Shown here one piece after another: positions 41,067 through 51,316 of a stretch of 64,000 nucleotides of DNA. Position 1 is the first letter of the stretch. Every line of letters starts with the position of its first letter. The position numbers were made by a program, and so were the translations under genes. Origin of the DNA: Spirochaetia bacterium (lineage in GTDB: Bacteria > Spirochaetota > Spirochaetia > SZUA-6 > Bin103); contig CBDBOV010000004.1 in assembly GCA_965208575.1 (NCBI GenBank), positions 1,120,001 through 1,184,000 on the forward strand, given 5' to 3'. The notes under the pieces were generated by a model. It was given only the letters and a program-made list of their open reading frames with translations. It searched no databases and was not told the DNA's origin.

Positions 41067-41333
41067 TCAGGAAGCGAGCTTGCCGGCGACGAGCCGTTGC
41101 AGGCGGCGCTTGCGCCGCGCGGCGGTGTTGCGCTTCAGTACGCCCTTCGACACTGCGCGATCCAATTGCCGGGTAACTGCCGTCACCTGATCCGCGGTCA
41201 CGCTCTCGTCTGCTACCGCCTCGCGCAGGGTCCGGATGGTCGTGCGCACACGACTGAGAGCGGCGCGATTGCGCATCCGCCGCTTCTGATTCTGCCGCTG
41301 CCGCTTGGCCGCGGAAATGCTGCTTGGCAACAC
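41067..41333 (-). CDS. rpsT: 30S ribosomal protein S20
   Basis: SAAKRQRQ..KRRMRN, LDRAVSKGVL.RNTAARRK.RL. Confidence 0.93.
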   Translation of the reverse strand: MLPSSISAAKRQRQNQKRRMRNRAALSRVRTTIRTLREAVADESVTADQVTAVTRQLDRAVSKGVLKRNTAARRKRRLQRLVAGKLAS

Positions 41334-41662
41334 TGCCTCCTCAGGGTACGCCGACAGCGCAGGTGCTGCGCCACCGGTCCGCCCCCTAAACTACTGTACA
41401 CGCGAGGCATAGTCAATCCGCCGCGGGTAGCAGGTAGTGCGCTTCACGGCCAACCGGCACACATGGACTCCCCGCTGTAGCAATCGCTCGGTCGGTCGGT
41501 CGGGCCGCCGGCACTTGCACCTTGCGTGATTACGTAGTGGACACGTTGTATACATACACAACATGCTCTATACGAATTAAACACGCTGTACACCCAATAT
41601 TTTGATTATTTTGACATAGAACAGTAGACCGATCAGTCTCTCCAAGTTTATCATTCTGTGCC

Positions 41663-43156
41663 ATGAGAGAACTGTTCATGACCGCATGCGCGACGGTCGC
41701 AATCGGGTCGGGTCTCCTGCTGCTCGCACTTGCGGGGTGCGGGCAGGCTTCGCCTTCCGGTTCCGGTTCGCAGGTCCCCATGGTGACCATCGTCCGGGTC
41801 GTACCGTCCGTGACGTGGGGAGATCCGCTGCAGTTCCGTGTCCGGGCGGAACCGGCCCCGTCGGCGGACCTGACCGTCGGCGTGACGATCGCATCATCCG
41901 GCTGCAAGCTGGCGCAGTCGCCGACTTCGGTGACGATAGCCGCCGGTGCTCCGGCTGCCACGCTGGTGCTGCCGACGACCGGCGCCGAGGTGGGCGAGCA
42001 GGGGTGCGCGGTCACCGCCACGGTCGCCGCCGGCGAAGGCTACGCGGTCAGCGACGGCTCGTCACGCTCGGCCGCCGTCGCCATCACCGGCGGCGAAGCG
42101 CCCGGCGCCCCGCCCATCGTGGCCGGCGACGCGTTGTCAGCGGGGGTGCCGCCGCGGGTGACCATCGACGCAATCGTCCCGTATGTGACCGCGGGTGACG
42201 ATCTGCGGCTTACACTGAGCGCGGATCCGCCGCCCGCGAATGACTTTCAGGTCCAGTTGCTGTGGATTGATCCGGAAGGCGTCCTCGCCCGGGGGTTTAC
42301 GAATGTCTGGATCCGCACCTCCGGGAAGGGCGACGACACTTCGGTAGCTACCAGGGCCAACGCCAGTCTCGGAGATGACAACACCGCACAGGTGTACGTC
42401 ACCTTCGCACCATACCCGTGGTACACCTTCGATAACACGACGCGGGGCACTTTGGTACTGGGAAGAGCGCTTTCCCGCTCGCTGGTAAGCATCGTGGCAA
42501 ACCCCTTGAGCGTGGACGAGGGCGACGACGTGACGTTCACGGTGACCGCGGATCCGCCACCCGCGCGCCCGCTGCCCGTCACGTTGCATTGGCGAAACCG
42601 CGACCGGTTCGAGAAGAACCCTCCGCGGTCGGTCATGATTCCCACCCCCGGCAACGTGTCGTTCACGTTGGCCACAAAGGATGACCTCATCGACAACTTC
42701 AGTGACCTCGTAGGTGTCGTTGTCGATGAAGGCACCCGCAACGAGATCGGCAGGCCGGCGACGGCAACGGTTACCGTGGTAGACGACGATTATACCTCCG
42801 TGGTGAGCATCGTCGCAGACTCCACGGAGGTGGTGGAAGGCAACGACTTGTCCTTCACGCTGACCGCGAATCCGTCGCCCGCGTCGAACCTGAAGATCAA
42901 CTTGGATTGGACAGTCGAAGGCTATTTGTATGGAACACGCAGACGTGCACATGACCTTGCCGTGACCCCTCCGAAAACGGCCACAATCCCCGCCGAAGGC
43001 GCCACCAAAGGGACTGCCACGGTGACGGTGCCCATCGTCGATGATGACATCTTTACCTTTCCCACGACGGTGAGAGTTACGCTCCTGGCGGGCAACCTCT
43101 ACTTTGCGCCTCATGCTACTTCAAGGGCGAGCATCACCATCCGGGACAACGACTGA
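41663..43156 (+). CDS. Putative surface lipoprotein with repeated Calx-beta/Ig-like domains
   Basis: Lipobox LAGC; repeated V.EG.D..FT.TA.P.P...L...L.W and ATVTVVDDD units. Confidence 0.7.
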   Translation: MRELFMTACATVAIGSGLLLLALAGCGQASPSGSGSQVPMVTIVRVVPSVTWGDPLQFRVRAEPAPSADLTVGVTIASSGCKLAQSPTSVTIAAGAPAATLVLPTTGAEVGEQGCAVTATVAAGEGYAVSDGSSRSAAVAITGGEAPGAPPIVAGDALSAGVPPRVTIDAIVPYVTAGDDLRLTLSADPPPANDFQVQLLWIDPEGVLARGFTNVWIRTSGKGDDTSVATRANASLGDDNTAQVYVTFAPYPWYTFDNTTRGTLVLGRALSRSLVSIVANPLSVDEGDDVTFTVTADPPPARPLPVTLHWRNRDRFEKNPPRSVMIPTPGNVSFTLATKDDLIDNFSDLVGVVVDEGTRNEIGRPATATVTVVDDDYTSVVSIVADSTEVVEGNDLSFTLTANPSPASNLKINLDWTVEGYLYGTRRRAHDLAVTPPKTATIPAEGATKGTATVTVPIVDDDIFTFPTTVRVTLLAGNLYFAPHATSRASITIRDND

Positions 43157-43165
43157 TGGAGGGGC

Positions 43166-43193
43166 GGCCGGTGCGGATCGGCCCGCACCGGCC
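43166..43193. terminator. 11-bp hairpin between convergent genes, possible terminator
   Basis: GGCCGGTGCGG-ATCGGC-CCGCACCGGCC; no U-tract. Confidence 0.4.
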
Positions 43194-43243
43194 AGGTTCG
43201 GTTACGGCAGGCGCGGGGTCCACCTCGCCGAACCGGCGCCCGG

Positions 43244-44497
43244 TCAGCGCACCAGGAAACGGAAATAGCGTTTTTTGCCGGCGCGCAGCACCAGTTCGCC
43301 GTCGTGCACGTCGCCGAGTGCGATGACTTCCTCGACGCTGGTGCGCGTGGTGTCCGCCACCCGCGCACCGCCCTGCTCGATGAGCCGCCGGGCGTCGCTC
43401 TTCGAGCCGCACAGGGAGCTGCGCGCCAGCAGGTCGACCAGGGGGATTCCGCCCGCCAGCTCGGCGGCGGAGAGGGCGGCGGTCGGCATCGAGTCGCGCG
43501 CGCCGCGGCCGCCGCCACCCTCGGCGAACAGTGCCCGGCTGGTGGCGCGCGCGCGCTCCGCCTCCGCGGCGCCGTGCACCATGGCGGTCAGCTCCAGCGC
43601 CAGCCGCTCCTTGGCGGCCATGATCGCCCGGTCGCGCAGCCGGCTCAGCTCCGCCACCTCCCCGTCCGGCAGCAGGGTGAGCAGCGCGAGCAGCTTGCCG
43701 ACGTCGGCATCCGGCACGTTGATCCAGTACTGGTAGAACTGGTATGGAGACACCCGCGCCGGGTCCAGGAACACCGCCCCCGCCGCCGTCTTGCCCATCT
43801 TCTTGCCGTCCGCGGTGGTCACCAGCGGCCAGGTAAGCGCGTGCGCCTCCGCCTGCTCCACCCGCCGGATCAGGTCGACGCCGGCCAGGATGTTGGCCCA
43901 CTGGTCGTCGCCGCCGATCTGCAGCAGGCAGCCGTGCTGCCGGTGCAGCACTAGGTAGTCGTACGCCTGCAGCAGCAGGTAGTTGAATTCCAGGAAACTC
44001 AAGCCGGTCTGCAGCCGCCGCCGGTAGGCTTCGAAGCTCAGCATGCGGTTCACCGAGAAGTGGCGCCCGATGTCGCGCAGAAAGTCCAGGTAGCCCAGGT
44101 CCGGCAGCCAGGCGGCGTTGTCGACCACGATGGTGCGCTGCAGGTCGATGAAGCGGCCCACCTGGCGCTGCATCAGCGCGGCGTTGCGGGCCACCGTCTC
44201 CACCGGCAGCAGCGGGCGCATGTCGTCCTTGTCGGACGGATCGCCCACCCGCGCGGTGCCGCCGCCGATCAGCAGCACCGGCCGGTGGCCGGCGCGCTGC
44301 AGGTGCGCCATCGCCAGCAGACCGACCAGGTGGCCGGCGTGCAGGCTCGGCCCGGTCGGATCGATGCCCAGGTAGAACGTGACCTCCTGCTCCGCCAGCA
44401 GCCGGCCCAGCGCGTCCGCGCCGGTGGTCTGCTTCACCAGCCCGCGCCGCCCGAGCGCCGCGACCAGGTCCCTTTCTGCCTCCACGGCGGTACTCAT
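43244..44497 (-). CDS. tyrS: Tyrosine-tRNA ligase
   Basis: GIDPTGPSLHAGH, QIGGDDQWAN, KMGKT, C-terminal S4-like domain. Confidence 0.96.
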   Translation of the reverse strand: MSTAVEAERDLVAALGRRGLVKQTTGADALGRLLAEQEVTFYLGIDPTGPSLHAGHLVGLLAMAHLQRAGHRPVLLIGGGTARVGDPSDKDDMRPLLPVETVARNAALMQRQVGRFIDLQRTIVVDNAAWLPDLGYLDFLRDIGRHFSVNRMLSFEAYRRRLQTGLSFLEFNYLLLQAYDYLVLHRQHGCLLQIGGDDQWANILAGVDLIRRVEQAEAHALTWPLVTTADGKKMGKTAAGAVFLDPARVSPYQFYQYWINVPDADVGKLLALLTLLPDGEVAELSRLRDRAIMAAKERLALELTAMVHGAAEAERARATSRALFAEGGGGRGARDSMPTAALSAAELAGGIPLVDLLARSSLCGSKSDARRLIEQGGARVADTTRTSVEEVIALGDVHDGELVLRAGKKRYFRFLVR

Positions 44498-45849
44498 CAG
44501 CCGGCACCGGGACGCCGGTAGCTACCGGTGGCCTCGTGCAGGCGGGCCGCCAGGTCGCGCCGCGCCACCCGCACCTGCTCGGTGCTGTCGCGGAACCGCA
44601 GCGTCACCGTGTCGTCCGCCATGGTGTCGTAGTCGATGGTCACGCAGTAGGGGGTGCCGATCTCGTCCTGGCGCCGGTAGCGGCGCCCGATCGCCCCGCC
44701 CTGATCGTAGAACGTGGCGAACGACTCGCGCAGCTCCGCCTCGATCTCTCGCGCGCGCTCGGCGAGCCCGTCCTTCTTCACCAGCGGGAACACGCCCACG
44801 GTGATCGGCGCCACGCGCGGATGGAAGCGCAGCACCACGCGGCGCTCGCCGCCCACCTGGTCCTCGTCGTAGCCGTCCACCAGCGCCATCAGCACCGACC
44901 GGGTCAGACCGACCGCGGTCTCGATGATGAACGGCACGTAGCGTTCACGCGTGCTCTCGTCCAGGTAGGTCAGGTCCTTGCCGGCGAACTCCATGTGCCG
45001 CTTCAGGTCGAAGTCGGTGCGGTTGTGGATGCCCTCCAGCTCCTGCCAGCCGAACGGGAACCGGTACTGGATGTCGTACGCGTCGCGCGCGTAGTGCGCC
45101 AGCTCGTCCGGCCCGTGCTGGTGGAAGCGCAGGTTGTCGGGGTCGATGCCCAGGTCCAGGTAGTACTGGAAGCGGCGCGCCTTCCAATGCTCGAACCACC
45201 GCGTATCCTCGCTCGGGTGCACGAAGTACTGCATCTCCATCTGCTCGAACTCGCAGGTGCGGAAGATGAAGCTCTTGGTGGTAATCTCGTTGCGGAACGC
45301 CTTGCCCACCTGGGCGATGCCGAACGGCACCTTGAGGCGGCTCGACTGCAGCACGTTCTTGAAGTTCACGTAGCTGCCCTGCGCGGTCTCCGGGCGCAGG
45401 TACACCACGCTGCCGGCATCCTGCACCGGACCGAGGTGGGTGCGGAACATCAGGTTGAACTGCCGCGCGCCGGTCAGCTCGCGCTTGCCGCACTGCGGGC
45501 ACGCGCCTTCCGGGTCGTCGAGCTGGTCGGCGCGAAAGCGTGCCTTGCAGGCGCGGCAGTCGACCAGCGGATCGGTGAAGTTCTCCACGTGGCCGGAGGC
45601 TTCCCACACCCGCGGGTGCATCAGGATGGCGGCGTCGATGCCCACGATGTTGTCGTGCAACTGGGTCATCTCGCGCCACCACGCGTCGCGCAGCCGGTTC
45701 TTGAGGGCGGCGCCGAGCGGCCCGTAGTCCCACGCCGAGGCGAGCCCGCCGTACACGTCGCTCGACGGAAAGATGAACCCCCGCCGCTTGCACAGCGCAA
45801 CGACGGTGTCCATCGACACGGCGGGCGCGGACACGCCGGTGGCCGCCAC
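44497..45849 (-). CDS. glyQS: Glycine-tRNA ligase, homodimeric (eukaryote/archaea-type)
   Basis: WDYGPLG, YLRPETAQG, FRNEIT, REFEQME-like, IGRRYRRQDEIGTP. Confidence 0.96.
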   Translation of the reverse strand: MAATGVSAPAVSMDTVVALCKRRGFIFPSSDVYGGLASAWDYGPLGAALKNRLRDAWWREMTQLHDNIVGIDAAILMHPRVWEASGHVENFTDPLVDCRACKARFRADQLDDPEGACPQCGKRELTGARQFNLMFRTHLGPVQDAGSVVYLRPETAQGSYVNFKNVLQSSRLKVPFGIAQVGKAFRNEITTKSFIFRTCEFEQMEMQYFVHPSEDTRWFEHWKARRFQYYLDLGIDPDNLRFHQHGPDELAHYARDAYDIQYRFPFGWQELEGIHNRTDFDLKRHMEFAGKDLTYLDESTRERYVPFIIETAVGLTRSVLMALVDGYDEDQVGGERRVVLRFHPRVAPITVGVFPLVKKDGLAERAREIEAELRESFATFYDQGGAIGRRYRRQDEIGTPYCVTIDYDTMADDTVTLRFRDSTEQVRVARRDLAARLHEATGSYRRPGAG

Positions 45850-45850
45850 G

Positions 45851-47347
45851 TCAGTCCTCCTCCGCGGCCGCCGTCAGGGTAGCGAGCGCGCGCGCCAGAC
45901 GACCGCGCAGACGCTGTTCGCCGAGCAGCCGCAGCGAACCGAACAGGGGCGGCGACACCCTGCTGCCGGTGGTTGCCATTCGAATGGTCATCATCAGGTC
46001 TCCAAACTTCACGCCTTGGGCACGCGCCAGCTCGCGCAGCCGCTCCTCCAGCGCGTGCTCGCCTTCCGCGGCAGGAAGGTGCTCCAGCAGCGGCGACGCC
46101 TGCTGCAATATCGCGGCCGCCGCCGCCGCCGTCAAACGCCGCGGCACCAGTTCCGCCGCCGCCAGATCGGCATCGGGCCCGAGAAACGCCGCCCGCTGCG
46201 GCGCCTCGTCCAGGACCGATATGCGCTCCTGCAACAACGCGGCGAGCGCCGTCTCGGCGGGCGTCGCGGCCGCGCCTGCCTCGCCGGCGCCGACCCGGCC
46301 GCCGCTCGCCGGGTCGGCGGCGTCGATGCCGGCCTCGCGCAGGTAGGGGCGCAGCGCCACCGCCAGCCGCGCCGGCGGCAGGCGGCGAATGTAGTGGCCG
46401 TTGAACCACTCCAGCTTCTTGTGATCGAACACCGCGCCGGCTCGGCCGAGCCGCTCCATGCTGAACGAGCGCTCCAGTTCGTCGAGCGTAAAGAACTCGC
46501 GGTCGTCGCCCGGCGACCAGCCGAGCAGCGCGAGGTAGTTCACCAGCGCCTCCGGGAGGATGCCGCGGCGGCGGAACTCGTGCACGCCGGTGGCGCCGTG
46601 GCGCTTGCCGAGCTTCCTGCCGTCCGGCCCGTTCACCGCCGGCAGGTGGGCATAGCGCGGCGGTTGCCAGCCGCACGCCTCGAAGATCAAGAGGTGCAGC
46701 GGCGCCGAGGACACCCACTCCTGCGCACGCAGCACGTGGCTGATCGCCATCTCGTGGTCGTCGGCGATGGCCGCCAGGTGGTAGGTCGGGAAGCCGTCCG
46801 ACTTGAGCAGCACCGGATCGGGGTTGATGTCGCTGTTGCGGCGCTCGATGGAGCCGAGCAGCAGGTCGTCGTAGCGCGTGCTGCCTTCCAGCGGCACCCG
46901 GAAGCGGATCACCGAGGCGGCCCCGCCCTCCTCCCGCCGGCGGCGTTCCTCGGCGCTGAGGTTGCGGCACCGCCGGTCGTAACCGTTGTGGGTAGCGCGT
47001 ACCCGCTCCAGGCGTGCGGCGTCGCAGTAGCAGCGGTAGGCGCGGCCGGTGGCCACCAGGCGCTCGGCCACCGCGCGGTGGCCGGCCACCCGCTGCGACT
47101 GGACGTAGGGAGCGTACGGGCCACCGACGCCGGGCCCCTCGTCCCAGCGCAGGCCGAGCCAGGTCAGGTTGTCATAGACGTCGGCGAGCGCATCGGGATC
47201 GAAGCGGCGCCGGTCGGTGTCCTCGACGCGCAGCACGAAGGCACCGCCCGCGGCGCGCGCGAGCAGGTACACGAACAGCGCGGTACGGACGTTGCCGACG
47301 TGCAACCGGCCGGTCGGTGAAGGAGCGAAGCGAACCCGCAGGGCCAT
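45851..47347 (-). CDS. gltX: Glutamate-tRNA ligase
   Basis: RFAPSPTGRLHVGN, EDTD, PTYHLA, KLGKR. Confidence 0.95.
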   Translation of the reverse strand: MALRVRFAPSPTGRLHVGNVRTALFVYLLARAAGGAFVLRVEDTDRRRFDPDALADVYDNLTWLGLRWDEGPGVGGPYAPYVQSQRVAGHRAVAERLVATGRAYRCYCDAARLERVRATHNGYDRRCRNLSAEERRRREEGGAASVIRFRVPLEGSTRYDDLLLGSIERRNSDINPDPVLLKSDGFPTYHLAAIADDHEMAISHVLRAQEWVSSAPLHLLIFEACGWQPPRYAHLPAVNGPDGRKLGKRHGATGVHEFRRRGILPEALVNYLALLGWSPGDDREFFTLDELERSFSMERLGRAGAVFDHKKLEWFNGHYIRRLPPARLAVALRPYLREAGIDAADPASGGRVGAGEAGAAATPAETALAALLQERISVLDEAPQRAAFLGPDADLAAAELVPRRLTAAAAAAILQQASPLLEHLPAAEGEHALEERLRELARAQGVKFGDLMMTIRMATTGSRVSPPLFGSLRLLGEQRLRGRLARALATLTAAAEED

Positions 47348-47486
47348 AATGCGCGCTGAGCGTAGCGCCCCGCCGGTCCACGGTCAACGCCACTCCCTCT
47401 GCCGGGCGCCGCCGGCCGCTGCCGGCGCGGCTGTGCTGCCGTCAGCCGGCTTGTCCGCCGGGCGCCCTGTCGCTAGGATAGGAGTC

Positions 47487-48080
47487 ATGCTGGACGTTTC
47501 ACCGACCAAGTATGGCCACGGCGCGGGCACGCTGCCGGCCGGCACCCGGGTCATGACCGACATCGCGGCCGTGCTCGGCGGATCGCTGCTGGTGGCACTA
47601 TGTGCCCAGATACGCATCCCGCTGCCGTTCACGCCGGTTCCGATCACCGGCCAGACCTTCGCGGTGTTACTGTTGCCGGCCCTGCTCGGCGGCTGGCGCG
47701 GCCCCGCCGCGGTGGCGGCCTACCTGCTGCAGGGCGCTTTCGGGCTGCCGTTCTTCGCCGGCGGCACCGCCGGCTGGGCGACCCTGGCCGGGCCCACCGG
47801 CGGCTACCTGGTGGGGTTCTTCGCCGCCGCCGTGCTGATACCGGCCATCCTCGGAAGCGGCGCGGCCGGGCCGGCACGCGTCGTCGCGGCCCTGGTGGCC
47901 GGCAACGTGGCGATCTACCTGTTCGGGGTGCCGTGGCTGGATCGCTTCGTGGACGGTAACCTGCTCACCGCGACCCACCTGGGGCTGACCCCGTTCCTGG
48001 TCGGCGACGCCATCAAGCTGCTCGCCGCGGCCCTGGTGGTGGTGGCGGCCGAAAGCACGCGACGCCCGCCGCAACGCTGA
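47487..48080 (+). CDS. bioY: Biotin ECF transporter S component BioY
   Basis: PFTPVPITGQT, GLPFFAGG, GPTGGYLVGF, PFLVGD.IK. Confidence 0.93.
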   Translation: MLDVSPTKYGHGAGTLPAGTRVMTDIAAVLGGSLLVALCAQIRIPLPFTPVPITGQTFAVLLLPALLGGWRGPAAVAAYLLQGAFGLPFFAGGTAGWATLAGPTGGYLVGFFAAAVLIPAILGSGAAGPARVVAALVAGNVAIYLFGVPWLDRFVDGNLLTATHLGLTPFLVGDAIKLLAAALVVVAAESTRRPPQR

Positions 48081-48112
48081 GCGGCACGCTGCCTGCGCGC
48101 CCGCACCGGCAC

Positions 48113-48943
48113 ATGACCGCGCAGGCCGTGTCGATGCGTCCGCTCACCGGCGGCGCCATGATGCTGCCGGTCACCGCGCAGCGCACCGCCATCGTGTCGT
48201 TGCGCGCGGCCGGCGACATGCGCCGCGAACAGCCGTTGCGCCGCCTGCTCGGCGCGGCCGGGCTGACCCCGTCCCAGGTATGCCGCGTGGCGCAGATCCA
48301 CTCGCACCGGGTGGCAGCCGAACAGACGTGCCGCCGCCGGATACCGCCCGGCCGGCGTGGCCGGCACGCCCGGGCGTCGCTCGGCGAGCGCTGGGCGGCG
48401 CGCACCGCGGACGGGCTGGTGGCGGGGCCGGACAGCGCGGCCGCCGGTGTCGCGCTCATGGTCACCGCGGCCGACTGCGTACCGATCCTGCTCGCCGCGC
48501 CCGGCGGCGCCTACGCGCTGCTGCACTCGGGCTGGCGCGGCACCGGCATCGCGGCGGCCGCGGTACACCGCCTGCGCGAACGATACGGCGCCGACCCCGC
48601 GTCGCTGACCGTGGTGCTCGGCCCCGCCATCGGCGCCTGCTGTTACCATGTCGACGAGGAGCGCTACCGCCTGTTCCGGGAACGCTACGGCTCCGGCGCG
48701 GTGCGCACCGGCGCGCGGTGCGGCGGCGCGCGCACGCGCTACCTCGACCTGCACGCGGCCAACACCGTGCTGCTGCGGCGTCTCGGCGTACGCGACATAC
48801 GCGCCGTACCCACCTGCACCTCCTGCGATGCCCGGCTGTACTCCTCGCGCCGCGACGGCGGCGGCCTGCTGTGCCCGCTCATGGCGGTGCTGCTGGTGCC
48901 ACATGCACCGCGCGGCGCCGCGGCCGCCTGGGCTGCCCGTTGA
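48113..48943 (+). CDS. pgeF: YfiH/PgeF (polyphenol oxidase-like purine nucleoside phosphorylase)
   Basis: QIHS, ADCVPIL, HSGWRG, GPAIGACCY, CT.C..YS.RR. Confidence 0.88.
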   Translation: MTAQAVSMRPLTGGAMMLPVTAQRTAIVSLRAAGDMRREQPLRRLLGAAGLTPSQVCRVAQIHSHRVAAEQTCRRRIPPGRRGRHARASLGERWAARTADGLVAGPDSAAAGVALMVTAADCVPILLAAPGGAYALLHSGWRGTGIAAAAVHRLRERYGADPASLTVVLGPAIGACCYHVDEERYRLFRERYGSGAVRTGARCGGARTRYLDLHAANTVLLRRLGVRDIRAVPTCTSCDARLYSSRRDGGGLLCPLMAVLLVPHAPRGAAAAWAAR

Positions 48944-48993
48944 TTGCCGTGCTGCTGGTGCCGCGCGCACCGCGCGGAGCCGCCGCGGCCTAA
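48872..48993 (+). repeat. Diverged 62-bp tandem duplication of the pgeF 3' end
   Basis: Copy 1 encodes CPLMAVLLVPHAPRGAAAA, copy 2 (out of frame) CPLIAVLLVPRAPRGAAAA*. Confidence 0.8.
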
Positions 48994-49082
48994 CCGCACC
49001 GTACCCGCGCCACCGCGCTCCCACCCGGCCGCGCCCGGTAGCGGAGGAGCGCGCGAGTCGCTATAGTCACCGGCTGTCCGCC

Positions 49083-51110
49083 ATGGCGCAGGAAATTCGC
49101 AACATCGGCATCATCGCCCACATCGACGCCGGCAAGACCACCACCACCGAGCGTATCCTGTTCTACACCGGCATCAGCCACCGCATGGGCGAGGTGGATG
49201 ACGGCGAAGCCACCATGGACTGGATGAGCCAGGAACAGGAGCGCGGCATCACCATCACCGCCGCCGCCACCACCTGCTACTGGCGCGACCACCAGATCAA
49301 CCTCATCGACACCCCCGGCCACGTAGACTTCACGGCCGAGGTGGAGCGCGCCCTGCGCGTCCTGGACGGCGCCATCGGCGTGTTCTCCGCCGTGGAGGGG
49401 GTAGAGCCGCAATCGGAGCAGGTGTGGCGGCAGAGCGATCACTACCGGGTGCCGCGGGTGGCGTTCATCAACAAGCTCGACCGCATCGGCGCACGCTTTG
49501 CGGAGGTGGTGGCCGAGATGGGCGAACGCCTCGGCGGCTGCGCGTTGCCAGTGCAGCTTCCGTTCGGCACCGAATCAGAGTTCACCGGCGTCGCCGACCT
49601 GGTGGACGATGTCGGGCTGCGCTTCGCGGGCGCGCATGGCGAGCGCCTCGAGCGGATACCGATCCCGACCGCGTTGGGTGCGCAGGTGGAGGCGGCGCGT
49701 GACCGCATGATCGACGAGCTGGCCACCGAATCGGACGAGATCACCGCCCGTTACCTGGACGGCGAGCCGATACCGCCGGCGCTGCTGCGCCGCGAGATCC
49801 GCCGGCGCACCATGGCCGGCGACCTGTTCCCGGTGCTGTGCGGTGCCGCGCTGCGCAACACCGGCGTGCAGCCTCTGCTCGATGCGGTCGTCGACTACCT
49901 GCCCGCGCCCGACGAGGTCGCGCCGCCGATGGCGGTCGACCGCAGCGGCGCCGCGGTCGAGTTGCCGTGCGGCCGCGGAGCGGCACCGGCAGCCCTGGTA
50001 TTCAAGCTGCGCAACGACCGCGAGGCGGGCCTGCTCAGCTACGTGCGCGCCTACGCGGGCACCATCCGCACCGGCGCCACGGTGCACAACGTGGGCCGCG
50101 GCGGGCGCGAGCGCGTCGGGCGGCTGCTGCGCATGCATGCCAACCGCTCGCAGCCGTTGACCGAGTTGACCGCCGGCGACATCGCCGTGGCGGTCGGGTT
50201 CAAGCAGGTGCAGACCGGCGACACCGTGGGCGCTGCCGGCGCCACCCTGCTGCTGGAACGGATGAGCTTTCCGGAGCCGGTCATTTCCGCCGCCGTCGAG
50301 CCGCACACCGCCGCCGACACCGCCCGCCTGCGCGACGCGCTCGACATCGTGGCGCGCGAGGATCCCACCTTCCTGGTGCGCGAGAGCGCGGAGACGGGGC
50401 AGATTCTGATTTCCGGGATGGGAGAGCTGCATCTCGACGTGGTGATCCGCCGCATCGAGGAGGAATTCCGCGTGCCGGCGCGGATTGGGCAGCCGCAGGT
50501 GGCGTACCGGGAATCGATTGCCGCCGGCGCGCGCTACCGCCAACGCTACCAACGCACCATCGGCGGCGCCGTGCACAGCGCCGGGGTGACGCTGCGGGTG
50601 GCGCCGCAGCCGCGCGGCACCGGCAATGCCGTCGCCGGCGCGTTGCCCGCGGACACGCTGCCGGCGGAAACCGAAGCGGCCCTGCACGAGGGCATCCGCA
50701 ACGCCATGAATTCCGGCGTACTGTACGGCTACCCCACCATCGACATCGCGGCAACGGTGGAGGCGGTCGACTACGATCCCGCCACCTCGTCCCCCGCCGC
50801 GTTCGAGGCGGCCGGTGCGCTGGCCTTCCACGAGGCGTGCCGGCAGGGCGAACCCGCGCTGTTGGAGCCGGTCATGGAGGTGGAAATCTTCGTGCCGCGC
50901 GAGTCGCTCGGCGAGGTGATCGGCAACCTGGGCGCACGCGGCGCCGCCGTCACCGCCGTCGAATCGCGGCCCGCGGGCGAACAGGTAACCGCGCACGCGG
51001 CGCTGGCGAGGCTGTTCGGCTATTCGACCACGCTGCGCAGCCTGACCCAGGGCCGCGGTGTGTTCACCATGACATTCACCCACTTCGCGCCGCGCGCCGA
51101 ATCCGCTTGA
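49083..51110 (+). CDS. fusA: Elongation factor G paralogue (intact GTPase motifs, divergent domain IV)
   Basis: AHIDAGKTT, RGITI, DTPGHVDF, NKLD, GMGELHL. Confidence 0.93.
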   Translation: MAQEIRNIGIIAHIDAGKTTTTERILFYTGISHRMGEVDDGEATMDWMSQEQERGITITAAATTCYWRDHQINLIDTPGHVDFTAEVERALRVLDGAIGVFSAVEGVEPQSEQVWRQSDHYRVPRVAFINKLDRIGARFAEVVAEMGERLGGCALPVQLPFGTESEFTGVADLVDDVGLRFAGAHGERLERIPIPTALGAQVEAARDRMIDELATESDEITARYLDGEPIPPALLRREIRRRTMAGDLFPVLCGAALRNTGVQPLLDAVVDYLPAPDEVAPPMAVDRSGAAVELPCGRGAAPAALVFKLRNDREAGLLSYVRAYAGTIRTGATVHNVGRGGRERVGRLLRMHANRSQPLTELTAGDIAVAVGFKQVQTGDTVGAAGATLLLERMSFPEPVISAAVEPHTAADTARLRDALDIVAREDPTFLVRESAETGQILISGMGELHLDVVIRRIEEEFRVPARIGQPQVAYRESIAAGARYRQRYQRTIGGAVHSAGVTLRVAPQPRGTGNAVAGALPADTLPAETEAALHEGIRNAMNSGVLYGYPTIDIAATVEAVDYDPATSSPAAFEAAGALAFHEACRQGEPALLEPVMEVEIFVPRESLGEVIGNLGARGAAVTAVESRPAGEQVTAHAALARLFGYSTTLRSLTQGRGVFTMTFTHFAPRAESA

Positions 51111-51122
51111 CGGGCACCGTGG

Positions 51123-51155
51123 TGCACGGAGCGCACGGAGCGCACGGAGCGCACC
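51123..51155 (+). repeat. 9-bp intergenic tandem repeat
   Basis: GCACGGAGC x3. Confidence 0.7.
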
Positions 51156-51316
51156 ATGCAGCAAACTGGGCGCGCACCGTTTGACAAGAGAGCGGCGCAT
51201 CCCTACGATCCGTCTCGGTCCATCCCGAGCGGACGGCCCGTGCAGGGCGCTCCGGCGGCGCGCACGTGCACCGCTCTCGCTCGCACCGGCCGGTTCGAGA
51301 CAAGAGGAGACATTCC

